NCBI GenBank assembly: GCA_051294375.1
Contig: JBJCIZ010000239.1
Span: forward strand, 1,630,581 to 1,694,580
Direction of reading: 5' to 3'
Source: Paraspadella gotoi
Lineage: Eukaryota; Animalia; Chaetognatha
DNA: 64,000 nt
Both the position numbers and the translations under genes were made by a program. Under the pieces are notes generated by a model. That model was given only the letters and a program-made list of their open reading frames with translations, was not told the DNA's origin and did no database searches. Positions 32,872-45,974 of the stretch are shown here, piece by piece. The stretch's first letter is position 1. Each line of letters opens with the position of its first letter.

Positions 32872-34525
32872 CGTTGGTTACCCGCCCTCGCTTTGACCCC
32901 GCTCAACGGGGTTAAAGGATCGAGAGAGAGAAAGAGAGAGAGAGAGATACTCGTGTCTTTAATGGTTCGTCAAGGTCTTCGTCGTCCGACTAGGACGGCG
33001 GAGAAACCCTTCGTCAGTTGGGCTTTCACATTTTCCCACATCTGCACATAAAAAGTCGATGAACGAAATTCCTAACATTTTTATTTTTTAAAAAAGATGA
33101 CCATTTTGGCAAAAAAAAAAGGAATGATGATTCGTTGAAAAAGAAAAAACAAATCAGGAGTTGTCGAGTAACAAGCAAACAAGCAGAGCAGAAACGGCAA
33201 TTCTCTTTTGGTTTGAGGAAGTGCTTTTTTTTATTTAAAAAAATTGTAATAAATAATTGGTTATGTAAATACGTATGCATAAGAAAATCTTTTTTCGACG
33301 AATCACGTACACTTTTTTTTGCCAAATTAGTATTTTTTTTTTCGAGCAGAAATGAAGTTCGACACAACTTTGATGACGATGAACAACTCGGGCGAGAGCT
33401 TTGCCTCGATGAGTGATTTCGCAGCAAGGAGCATTTCGCAAAAAAAAATAATATCGTATGAATTAAAACTAACTACGGGCAAAGCCGGTAAAAGATAATC
33501 TTTTTTCGTCTAAAACAAAACAAAAATGAGGCTTAAAAACTTTATGACTACATATATCGTGGGAGAATAATGACTACGAGATCAACAGTTGAAATGCGAA
33601 AAAAGAGGTTCAGATAATAATAATAATAATAATAGTAATAGTACGCAATACGATAAGACAACACGTAAACAATAAATGCGCGGCGTCGATATAACAAAAG
33701 GATTATACGCTTGGATACTAACACGAATTGGGCCGAGAAAATGGGGGGGGAATAGTGCGCGTGAGATTAAGTGTTTAGGTGGCGGATTGAGGCGCGAGCT
33801 CGCGACCTTCAGATGTTGCCGACGAAAAAAAAAAAAAAAAATTCAGTCATCAGAAAAAAGTCGCTTTTTATCACTATTTTTTTCGCATGACTGTGACTAC
33901 GTTCGCCGTGGGAAAAAAAAGTGACTAGTAGAAACGATGAGAACAGCTTATTGATACTTTGGTGTTAAATTGGCAAGGCTGGGGCATTCAACATTTCGTA
34001 AACAGTAACAGTGCTTCTTTTTTTTAATGGAATGTCATTGTCAACGCGTTTTCGTTAGTCGCAAGTAAATATTTTTTTAACATTGTGAATATTTATCGAT
34101 CGAAAAACTGATAGGGCATTCGCGAGAGAATCTCGATGAAAAGAAATGAAAAATAAACCAAAAAAAGAAAATGAAAAGTTTCGTGGAAAGGAAAAGCGAG
34201 GACGTGACGGGCCGCATGCGATTTAACCAACGAAGTACGATATAGCGAAAAAGAAGACGCGTTTAGTCGTCCGGAAATAACGAATGAAGCAAATGTTGTT
34301 TTGACGGTTCGTTAAAAGCGGATAGTTCCGAGACACAATCCGGGATCGATAAAAGCGGAATGTTTACACTGGTCTGCGTTTTTCGAAGGGTTCGTTCGAT
34401 CGAGGGTAACAACGTCCAACGAAAAAAAGAAAAACAAACACAAAAGGCGAATAAGTTTTTTTTTCTTTTTAATTTTCCATCGATGGCGCTTGGGATTTGA
34501 GACGCGCGCCATCTCCCGACTTTCG

Positions 34526-35228
34526 TCACAACTGCTGATCTCGTTCGCTTTCCGTCAAAGCGTCCCTGCGGAGAAAATATTAAATAATTAATACTGAAGT
34601 TAAATAAGAAAACAATTCGAGTCAGAAAAAAACAGTGAAATTGGGACAACCAATTTAAAATAAATTAATATTATACATTCAGTTAATAAATAAGCTATCT
34701 TGCCCCTAGCTTTGGACATAAAAATTAAGGCCTCCATCCCTAGTAGAGGACAATACCCTGCAAAATTTCATTCAAGACTATCTCACAGTCCAGTCACTGT
34801 AGTCAGTCTAATTCACTCCTAACACTTCCAAACATGAGTCAAATATTTTTAAAGACTAATCTTCTGCTGATCACTACTAAAATGCGACCCCCTCTCTCCT
34901 TCCACTTCTCCATCCCAGCCACAGACCTCGAAGCGGCCTGCAGCCTCTCCTTCTCCTCGGTCCGCAGCCTCCGTCTCCCGCAGCAGTAGGAGACGATGAG
35001 CCAGAGGCCTCCCCACTGATTGAAGACGTAGCAGAAGACGTCGACGACGAGAAGGATGAGGAGGATCATGACGACGACGACCCCGGCCACCGTGTGCGAC
35101 TGGAGACTCTCGAGGCGCTTGAGGATCTCGTCGTCGATGTCGAACCGATCGAGGATCGACGAGGAGTTGGAGGCGGCCGGGGCGGGCACGCCCGGAGGAG
35201 GAAGGGGAGAGGAAAAGTTCGTCGTCAT
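34526..35228 (-). CDS. Small single-pass membrane protein (~113 aa) with NCAM/Fasciclin-2-like TM and juxtamembrane segment, 2 exons
   Basis: VAGVVVVMILLILLVVDVFCYVFNQWGGLWLIVSYCCG; GC-rich codon usage; in-frame intron AG|GTCTGT...CCGCAG|G to a short last exon. Confidence 0.7.
34684..34830 (-). mobile_element. Diverged fragment of repeat family A
   Basis: TAATAAATAAGCTATCTTGCCCCT...CTTTGGACA...AAGGCCTCCATC is the reverse complement of the family A core. Confidence 0.7.
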
Positions 35229-35738
35229 CGTTGGTGGGGAGGGGAGGGAAGTTTGGAGGCGAGATGGAATAAGGAAGAAGCGGGATTCGGAGCTCTTACG
35301 CTGCCGCTTCCGGAGGCGACTCGGCGGAAGCGCGATGGCGTGCGGCGAGAAGTTGGCGCGGGATTCGAGGCGAAGAGCGGAGCATGGCAAAGAAGGAGAG
35401 GTTGAGAAAGCGATAGAGACAGAGTTAAACGAGGAGTTTTAAGCCGAAAGGAGAGAGCGTCCCGACGCGTCGCGGAAAGAGCGACGGGTGAAAGAGATTC
35501 CTTCGAGTCATGTTTCTCCGCGAAGGAAAAAAGAAGATCGACGAGATCTTGACTTCTCAAAAAAAAAAAAAAAAAAGAAATAACAAAACTCTTTCGAGAG
35601 TCAAAATAATGACAACAATCAAAGGGAAAGATTAAACAGGAATTCGGGGGTTACGGGAGGAAAAAATCACAGGCGAAATTGAAAAAAACGCAGAAAATAA
35701 AAAGAGACATTCGAGTTTCAAAAACTCCTCCCCGCCCC

Positions 35739-36732
35739 TCAAATCCTCGTCACGGGCTCCGCCGACTGCACCAGCCAATCTTTGGGTTTCTCCTTGGGCT
35801 TCCTCCAGACTTCGATCGGTTCGTGGACGATGTTTCCGTCGAGATCGACGCGCCAAAAGAGGATCGTCGCTTTGACGTCCACCACGTCGAGTTTGTTGAT
35901 CGTCAGTTTGAATACGATCTCGCCCGGCGACGTCACGGGTTCCGGGGGAAGTTCCACGCAGTCGGGACCCTCGACGACCACGCCCACTTTGCGCAGCGCC
36001 GTCAAGACGTGGCCCTTGTTCAGGGTCCACGGGTTCGTCGGGTGCATGACGATGGGCAGGTTAAGGCTTTCGGAAAGCTCGCGGGCCGTGACGCCGGCGA
36101 AGGGAGTTCGTTGGACGCGGTCGGTCATGTTGAGGCGACGGCAGTGAGCTCGGATCTGGGATAAGATGGGGAAAGGAATTTAAAATAGAAAATAAGGGGA
36201 TATAGAGGAAGATTAATTGATAAATAACCAATCCCCTCCCCTTGTTCAATCGTCAATCACCCTATCGAGATTTTCCTGCGAAGGGTATTCGGCCAGTCGC
36301 GCGGGCAGCAAATAATTTCGCGCGTCGTCGCGAGAGACTTGAACGATATCGCCGATGTCACCGAATCCCTCGACGTAGGTGGTCATGACGAGGGTCATGT
36401 CCGAAGCGGGTTTGTTGTGGGTCTCCTCCACGAGGTCGTACACGTGGAAGTCGCCTGGACATTAGGAAATTTAAGAATTTCATTAATCGAAATGTTTAAA
36501 AAAAGGGGGGGGCTTGGGGGAACATACCTCTCTCGTTTTCGTCGTAGGGATACTTGGAGACATCTTCCAGGTTAGGGATGTGGGGGAGCCACCACCGACG
36601 CTTAACGACGAACCTCCCTCGTCTCGATTCTCTTCGCGACGAAGGAGTCGAGTTCGAGGACGAGATTGTCGTCGTTGTAGTGGTCGACGTCAGACGCGAC
36701 GCGGGAAAACGCGACAGCGCTCGGCGGAGCAT
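35739..36732 (-). CDS. MRPL9: Mitochondrial ribosomal protein L9, 3 exons
   Basis: Arg/Ser-rich presequence, FVVKRRW, FHVYDLVEET, LVMTTYVEGFGDIGDIVQV...ARNYLLPARLAEY, MHPTNPWTL...LPPEPVT. Confidence 0.88.
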
Positions 36733-37030
36733 CGGTGTTTTTTTTTTTTTTAGGTTTTAACTAATGGTTGATGTAAGAAAAAAGCCGGAATTTATATACA
36801 GTTTAAACGATAAATAGTTAATTTGAAGCAGTGTGGGAAAAGATTTCAAATTCATAAATTCACATCTCCTCTCTCCATACATTCCAAATTTCTGTTGTCT
36901 TGAAAACAAAATAGATACGGGTACAAGTGGAAATATTACAACAACAACAACAAAATTATTTTAAATATTTAACGTCATTTTGTCAATTTAAAGTAACCAA
37001 AAAAAAAAAAAAAACCAACAACGAAAAGGT

Positions 37031-38725
37031 TCAACCATCTACGTTCCAAAGAGCGCCATCTTTCCGCGACGAGCGCGCCATCTCTATGAGAGCGTCCATC
37101 TTGGCCTTTTCCTTCTCCGCGTAGGCGGCGACCTTTTCCCGCGCCAGAGAGACACGTGCTTCGTGTCGCGCCTCCCGCTGCTCTTTCCGCTTCTCGATGG
37201 CTTTGCCCATTTCTGCAAGCGATGTAAGGATTTTATAAAAATTTAAAATTTAAACAAAGCGTTATTTATAATGAAATTATACAACATACATTTTAATGAA
37301 GTAATAGATTAAACAATAAACATTTAGGTTTTTTTTTTCCTGTTTGCAAATGGCACAACAACAACAACCCTTTTCCCCCCCACCCCTTACTCGACGAGTC
37401 TCCCAAAAGGACTTTGTCCGAGAGTCCAGGGCTCATGTCCCTATTCCGCCGCTTCTCCCTCTCCATGGCCCGCTTCTCCATCCGGGCCTCGAAACCGGAT
37501 GAGGCCCGCGGGTTGAGTTCTTCTTCCGTCGTCTTCACGAAATCCTTGAATCTCTTCTCGCGCATTTTACGCTCGAACGCTGCTTGCTCGTCCTCTTCCT
37601 CGGAATCTTGAGAGGGGACGGGGAGGAATTAATATGAGGTACTGCCACAGTACATTGATTATTGTACATTGTACATTGATGTACTAATGATGTTAAAAAC
37701 AAAATTGCCTCAACAAATAAGGCTCTTTCATGAAATAGAATTCAAAATGTATAATATTAGCTTTCAAATAAGTTACTTCTCTTAATACATCGAGATTATC
37801 CGGCACACATTTTGAAATAAAGTCCCAGTAATCGCAATATGCAAATTAAATTACCGAAAAATAAAAACTTATCTCACCATCGTCCTTCGATCTTGCGATG
37901 TTGGCAGGGAGCATAGGCCCGATCACACGGGGAGAGGTGGCGGACGCTGCTGATGATGATGCTGCTGCAGCGGTTGAGGACGCAACAGGGTCGCTGAGCT
38001 TTCGCGCACGCGACGCCGACGACGATGACGTCGAACTCCGCGCGTCATTCTGTCTGGGAAAAATCGCCGACTTAAAAACCAAAGCCCACTGTCCATGTGT
38101 CGATTAATCTGTCGGTTTAATCGTCTGTCTCTTTATCTGTCCCATCGTCCGACCATTTGTCCCTCCCCCCTCCAATTCGGAACCTCCCGTCGCCGACTCC
38201 TCGAGACGCCGCCTCCTTAACAGCCTCGATCTCCGCCCGCGTCTTCGAGTCCAAATTGTCGGCGAAGCTCCACCGAAACCCTCCCGACTTGTCGGCCACC
38301 CCGGCCGACCCGGCGCCGGTGGCTCCGTAGATTTCCGGCGCCAATTTCCGTTTATTCCATTTCTTAACGAATTTGGCGAAGTGAGTCTTGGCCTCGACAG
38401 TTTCCATCTCGCCAAAGGTCTTTCCGATCTTGACGTTGCTCTTGAGCCAAACGCGAAACTCGGCGTTGCGAGAATAGTAGTCCGCTTTGGAGATCTTGGG
38501 CACGTCGAGGGGAATCCGATCCATTTTCCGCTCCTTGGTCCGCTTCTTTTCCTTCTTCCGCTTCTTTTCCTTCTTTTTCTTCTTTCGAGATTCCTTCTTT
38601 CGTTTTTTGGGGGAAGGGGAGGAGGAGGAAGAGGAGGAGTCCGTTTCCTCGGAGGAGGAGGGGGAGTCTTTTTCCTCTTCATCTTCCAAGGAGGAAGATC
38701 GATCTCGCCTTTTCTTTTTTCCCAT
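37031..38725 (-). CDS. Lys/Ser-rich nuclear protein with SCI1-like (style cell-cycle inhibitor 1-like) domain, 4 exons
   Basis: ISKADYYSRNAEFRVWL...EAKTHFAKFVKKWNKRKL..IY, GFRWSFA, VIGPMLP and a C-terminal EARMEKR...EKEKAKMDAL coiled coil; exons join in frame. Confidence 0.75.
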
Positions 38726-39047
38726 TTTTAAAATTGTATATTTTTTAAATCTTAAAAAAAAAGTGGGTGAGCTATGAAAGAACCAAGTGAAGACAAATAA
38801 TACCAGTTGTCCCAGACAAATAAAGTCCGAGTCATCATTGTTCTCATTTAAATATGATTAATAGTTAGATTTTTCAATGATAAAATTTAACATTGGATAA
38901 AGGAAAAATCCCACAGGGATAAGTAATAGTGATATTCAAAAATTAACATTTTTTTCGCGATAACAATGAATCAGATATGCTTTCTGGACAATAGCATTTA
39001 AAACTAACGAGTTATACATATATCCAAGTCAAAAAAAACTGCCGGGT

Positions 39048-40841
39048 CTAATCCGTCTTTCGCGACTCGGATGGGTCTTCCGTCGTCTCGACGACCGGCT
39101 CGGTCCCCGCACTCTTCGACGGCGCCGTCGTCGTCTTCTCTCGCCCCGCGTCGTCGTCGTCGGCGACTTGGATGGAGAATCCCCGAATGCCCGGAATCCC
39201 GACTCCGACGCGGCGTTGGTAGCGGAGGTATTCCTCCCCGAAGAAGGCGAGCAACGTCCGCTCCTCCTCCTCGATTCGCTCGCGGAAGAATCGCCAGCTG
39301 GCGGCGGCGTAGGCGACGAGGCAGAGGGGATTTTGGAGGAGCAGTTGGGTGCCGATGCTCCAGAGGAACCAACCAACGTAGGAGGGATGTCTGGAGGAAA
39401 TGAAGAAAGAGATGAAACTAGTTAAATGCTGAGCTATCATTGAATAGGAAAATATGGATGATATATATCGAGAAAATTTGCGATATAAACTCTTAGATCA
39501 GAAATAAATAACTTACATTCATTATAACACAAAAATACATGTAATTGAGAACAACGGAACCACATTCCATAATTATACTCGCAAAATATTAGATTAACTT
39601 CTGTGAATAATCAAAAATATTGTATAATATTAAAAATAATGGAGACTAAAAATAATTTGCCTTATGAATAATAAAAAAACACAACTTTCGAATAAAGTAC
39701 CACAATATGCTATGTGAATTTAAAGACATTTGTTACTAAACCACGAAATCTTAAAATTACGTAGATCCCAACCGTATTCATCAAATTCTTCTACCTGCTC
39801 CAGGCGTAGACCCCGGACGTGACCAGCACGTGATCCTCGGCCTTGCGCCACTGAATGAGATGGTTAAAATTGGTCTTGGCCGTGTGCATGGCCAGCTTGC
39901 GGAGCGCCTCGCCGACCACGATCAGCGCGAGACCGGCCTGGGCGACGCGGCCAAAGTCTTTGTCGCAGCCGAGTAGATGGCGCTCGACGGCGAACTCGAG
40001 CCAAGAGGCGACCATCGCCGCGTGATACTCGGTCGAGTGGTTGAGCAGGAAGCTGTCGAAGGAGAGGAACCTCGTGTTCCACCAAGCCGTCGACTGAAAC
40101 TCGGAAAAGTGGAAGAAACTCAAGGCACTGACGTAGAGGCCGACGGTGGAGGGGGATCCGGAGAGAAGGCCGGACGCCGCCAACCGGGTTCCGGCGCCGA
40201 AGGCCACGCCCAACGCGCCGGCGCGGAGAGCCACGCCTTTCTGGGGAAGAAGATGGGGGGGGGATGGGACGGATGATTTACTGAGAAATTATAATAAAGA
40301 AATATCTCTCTCGCTCTCGCTCTGTCTCCCACGTTCAGCCTCAGAATTTACATATCCCGATAAGGTTTTATGGCTTCCGACACATTTTCCTTCGGCATTT
40401 TTTAAAGACTCTCATACATCGGTTTGCAATACATTTATTAATTGATTTATAATTGATTTAAGACGAACTCCTTTTGGATTATATTTTCAATTTTTGATGC
40501 TGATTTATTCACAGAACACTCAGTGGATGCCTTGTCGGTTGACCCGTATTGTCAGCTTTAGTTTAAGTTTAAACTTAATATTAATATTGTAGTAATGTTT
40601 TCTTATTCCTTCCCCTCTTTACCTCTTCCTCCCTCATTCGCTTCCTTCCGCAAGAGACCAAAGCGAGGGGAAAGAGGAAGTAGGCCCCGAAACACGAGGA
40701 CAGCGAAGACGACAACGACGACAACTTCTCCGCCTCCGCTCCATCCACGAGTCTCTGGACGAAGAGTTGCAGATAAGGAAGGACGGTTCCGCCGACGAAG
40801 GAGACGAGGCTCCAGGATCCCGCGCTCGGGTGAAGATTCAT
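39048..40841 (-). CDS. ICMT: Isoprenylcysteine carboxyl methyltransferase, 3 exons
   Basis: LSFFHFSEF, SFDSFLLNHSTEY, GEALRKLAMHTAKTNFNHLIQ, HVLVTSGVYAWSR|HPSYVGWF, FFRERIEEEE...FFGEEY. Confidence 0.95.
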
Positions 40842-42545
40842 CGTCGTTGAATCATGTCGAGTAACGTTCGCGGATCCCCCGACTCGTTACTTAACATCGG
40901 GAAGAAAAGGGTCTTTCTGGACGATCAGGAAAAAAAAAATAATAGAAGACTGGATCGTTTCGAAAACTAAGACATTGATTTGTTTAAGGCACGAGAAAAA
41001 TAAGTGATTGGTACAATGATTGCTTTCGGAGTGATTAAGGTGCGATTTGGTTTAGATTAGCGGGTCGAGGGGGGAAAAAAAAAGCGAAATAGCAGTATGT
41101 AGCGACAACGTATTTAACATGCTATTCCAGATCAAAAATTAAATTCTTTTTTTTTTTTACTAAGGTTTTGATTAAGTGTAGACAGTAGTGCGACGACTAG
41201 ACGTTTATTCAATATTTCTCGACTCGTTTATTTTTATTAATTAAATTTTTAACAATCTTTGTTTTTCCGCAGGATAAATTTGTTTTTTGTACCGCAAAAG
41301 CGACAAATTGACAAAACATGAAACGCGACTAAGTAAAATTATAAGTAACGCGGGAAATAATTTCATTTTCTTAATAAATTTCATTATAGGTTTATAAACA
41401 TAACAGGTAGCGATGTGAAGGTGGCAGTGGGGGAATGGCATTTGTGTTTAGTACACAAATAATTCGAGCTCCGTATAAAATAACTTTGAATGATTTTTTT
41501 TTAAATTTAAATGTACAACGTTCAAATGCAGTGCGACCAAAACGAAAATTTGGCTTTTCTAGAAAAAGAAACCCCTAAGTAAGAAATAATTTGTACCACC
41601 CTTATCACAATTCTAGGATACAATTTAACTCTACTAAGCATCCAAGTGTGAAATTACGTCCCTCTCAAACATTCATAATGAAAATATATGTATATTGGCT
41701 GCCTATATAATCATTTATAAAACATTTATTACCTCGTGCAAATCTATTGCAAAAATTTCTCCCAATCGTGACAAATTCTAAAAAGCTACCATAGAGAATT
41801 TGAGATATACTGTATAAATAGTGACTAATAAATAGTAATTATATCCGTGAAATTTTATTGCATCGATCACCAAAAAACCGATAATATAGGTAAAACTACA
41901 AGATGAATATAAATAGTAGAAATAGGTTTTATTTTTTTTTTTATTAGATTCAGGAATCAGGAAAAAGCAAAAAAAAATGCAGAACTAAAAAAAGGTAACG
42001 TTCACCACAGACGTTGAGCGTTTTGAAAGATCGCGGTGGAATTAGGGAATGGATCACTCAGAAAAAAAAGGGGGGTTTTTATAAAAGATAATAACGAAAA
42101 TACTATCGACTAAACAGTGAAAAAGATTTTTTGTAAGAAACGAATTCCTCGGTCAAAAGTTAACGCATGATAGAAAGATAATTCATTACAAAAAGCAAGA
42201 AAACAAATTTCCGGACAGACATCAAAAAAATGAATGTACGCGCAAAAAAAAAATAAAAACTGGATGATTTTATTATTTTTTTTTATTAAGAGTAGAAATT
42301 GTATTGGTTTTTTTTAAATTTATTTTTAATTTGCCGCCGATTAATCTCTGTAAACGGTTGACTTTTCTCTCGCGTAGAGGAGATTACAACAGGTTTTTTT
42401 TTTATCTTAGGTCAGGGCGTTCGTGTTTTTTGGAATGCCTTTCGAAATTCGACACCGAAAAACCGCATCGTTTTTTTTTCCGGCGATAAAAAAAACGGGT
42501 GAAAATGGCGGCGACGATCCTCGTCCCATCATTACTCATTCCGCG

Positions 42546-45356
42546 TCAGTTTAAGTTGAGTTCTCGTAAATGTTCGTGAATGATGACGTTTCTGCAGCCT
42601 TCGAAGACGCGGGTGATGTTTTCCGTATCCGTGGCAACCGTGAAATGTTTGAAGCAATTGTGATAGCAGTGCCAATCTCTGGAATGAAAAATAACGGGAT
42701 GGAAACGAAGCCATGAGTATTACAACGAGAAACTTACCTCACGAAATTGCCGGCACCATCTTTATGAGGTTTGGTTACGATGGCAGTGAATCGAGCTTGG
42801 ATGTACATCTTTGCTCGTTCGTACTCGTAATCTTTGCTGAAAAACGGAGAGGAAATTATTTGACTAAATAAAAATATTAAAATGTACTACTTAGTATTTC
42901 AGGATCAGAATAAATGTCTTCAAATCATTTGCACATTGCACTGAATAAAAAAAAAATTAAACTTAAACACATTTAGATTTTATTGAAGAAACTTTTTCAA
43001 ATAATTTGTCATATTAGACGATTAGAAACTAAATACACGAACCAATGACCTTTACCATAAAGCTTGACAGAAAAGAACAGCTCGAACTGGCTCACACCTG
43101 TGGGGACTAACTGTTGCCGGGCATTGGTAGTCGGCAAAGTCGGGAAAGAAGTCTTCGAGTCGGACGCCGTTCTCGATGGATTCTTTGAGGAGATCTTGCT
43201 TGTTCATGAAGAGGATGACGGATCGATTTCTGAGAAATCGATTGTTCCAAACCAAATCAAAAGTCGTTTCCGCCTCCAAGAGACGATTCGTCTTCCCGTC
43301 TTCGCGAAGCGTCAGGCAGAAATCGCTGCGGAAAGGGATTTTGTCTTTTAAATCTTATTTACATATTGCGGTCGCGTTATTCGTTTCAAGAAGAAAAAAA
43401 ATAATTAAAATAAAAAATCAAACTATTTTAATGAAGGGGATAAATTACAAAAAAATATTTTTAGTTACATAGATGTGAAGAACAAAATAAAGTCATTTGG
43501 TTTCAGTCGCTAGGTTCGCTCACAGTTCCTTTTTTTTAAAATAACAACAACAAACTGAAGGCTTAATTAAAAGACTTGAACGCACCTGCTGGCGACGAGG
43601 AAGATGATGGCCGTGACTCGATCGAAGACCTGAATCCATTTCCGCCTTTCCCCCTTTTGGCCGCCGACGTCGAAGAGGTGGATCTTCACCGTTCCCCCGC
43701 CCTCCATTAGCGGGAGGCGAATCTCGAACTCGGTCCGTTGAATCTATTAATGTATTAAAACATCATAGTACTACATTTTAATTATGTTCAATTATGTTTA
43801 TGTTCAATTATGCTCACTGAGCATTGTGTCTATGTATTTGCTACTCGGGTGTTCCGCTCGATGTACTTTGTTGAATTCCAGATGTAATAATTTCCAGAAA
43901 CTTCAACGTTCACCCATTTACAAATTGGGTAATTTTAACAATATATTATATCTCTAGAATTTAGAATCTCCTCGCGCATACCTGCGTGGTCATGATCCGA
44001 CATCTGAGAATGTCCTGATCGTTGGGGATGTAAGACTCGGAGCGAATTCGGTCAATCTTTTCGAGGTAATACTTGGCGCTGTCCAAAAGTTGATACTGGT
44101 GAAATTTCCGCATGGTTTTCTGTTTAAAAGTAAGAAGTTAAGTTAACAAAGAGCCAAATAACTAAGTCGGGTTATTGAACACTTCGCTCAACGATCTTCC
44201 ACACCTGAATACCCGCGTCGTTCCATAGTGCTTGGACGTGGTCGTAAAAAACGTCTGGCCATTCTTGTAGTGGTTGTTCGTGTTGAAAATCTGTCGGCAG
44301 CAGAAAACAGCGAAAAATATGTAAAGCTTAAAGCTTAAACTTTTTTTTTAAATAAAAAACAAACCTCACCGGAAGAAACAATCTCGATGGGTTTAAAGGT
44401 GAGGATGTAATCCAAACTTCCCTGATTGGAGGGATTGTCGAGAGAGATGCCGTACTTGACGCTCGCCCGCGCCAGACTGGATTTATAAAAGGGAAGGATT
44501 TACGACGGATTGATGTAAGGGATGATTATTTAATATGATATTAAATGAGATTGAATTTCTCAATCTCATTTACATATTGTAGTGTTGAACTTGAATTGAT
44601 ACGTTTTCATTTTGGATTTCAATATTAGTTCTATTTCTCTGTTTTTCGGTACTTAATTATAGTCTTTAGCAATACTGGTGATTAACAGTAATTATGGTAA
44701 TGTTTTAATTGATTAATTAATTACTATAATTTAGTACTTTATTACTTAGAGATTGAGTTACTCATATTTGGTTATCTCTTTATTAGTTCATAAGTTTAAC
44801 CATTATTCAGATATGGTTTTGGGGACGCAATCTCTTGTTGGAGTCCATATCTCCTTATCAGAGCTCAATAAGCACAAGATAATAAAGTTCACTCAGAGTC
44901 TCACCACAAGATAGACTCGTGAAGATTTCTGCGTATGTCGGGAATTCTCGCCTTTCTCTCTTTATCGTCGAATCCTTGAGTGTTTATGAGTCGCATCTGC
45001 CGGAGAAATTGGGTAAACTATTTTAAAGATTCAAATAGTTAAACCAATGATCTAAAAATAAACCATAGAGTCCATACGTAGAAACTGTTAAACCTTGACC
45101 CTTCCTCTTCACCTGCTTAACAAAAGTGCTCTTGCCGGACTCTCCCGTCCCCAGCAACAGCAGCTTGATGATGTTGTTGTCCTTTTCAAAATCATCCCGA
45201 TTGGCTTTATCGATGGCCCGGCTTTTGGCCGTCGCGGGATCGCTGTCGAAAATATAAAAAAAAAATTGTTTAGATAAAATCGCATCTCCTCGAAACGTTC
45301 ACAAATTCACCGAAGAAGCTAAGAACAAACCTTCTGCAGGGACAGACTTGCGCCAT
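42546..45356 (-). CDS. Heterotrimeric G protein alpha subunit, Gs/Gf-like, ~10 coding exons
   Basis: [80 protein letters not shown]-terminal cysteines. GT in the P-loop and TVAT resemble arthropod G-alpha f. Confidence 0.9.
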
Positions 45357-45974
45357 TGGAGAGAGTGTGAGTTTTTGGCGTGTCGATCAAGAGGGCGATC
45401 CCAGAATCCTTTCTCGTTTCAGCCTTTCGAAAAAAGTATTTGTTTGTTTTTATTGTAAAAAATAATATACAATAATATACAATTTTATAGACATCGTAAA
45501 CTCACGCGGTATGAGCGTTGTCCGCTCTACGTCGCTCGTGATTTGTATAAGACGCATGGCAGTCGCGAGCTTCGGTGGATTCTCGATGTAGAACCTTCGT
45601 TACATTGGAAGACGAATTTGTCCGGAAAAACTCTCCATTGTGGAAGTTAGGTTACTTAATTTAGTTTTTTTTGCAAATCTACTGGAAAATAACTTGAATT
45701 TAGCACCGATCGCGGTATTTCAACGTCGAATCTAGTTAAATTAATATGAAAATCTCGAAGAGGGAAGACGGCAATTGGATTCACGTGATAAGGCATAACA
45801 TCAAAAAAGTGCAGGAAAAATTTTTTTTGCCATCAAAAAGGTTCCAACCACCAATTTTTTAAAAGTCTTGAGCTCTCCCACCCAGAAACTTAGTCGACTT
45901 GAATTATTAAAATTTCAACCTTTTGATTTTGTTCTCTAAACTACGATGGCAACCAATCACTATTTTTATTTCCG

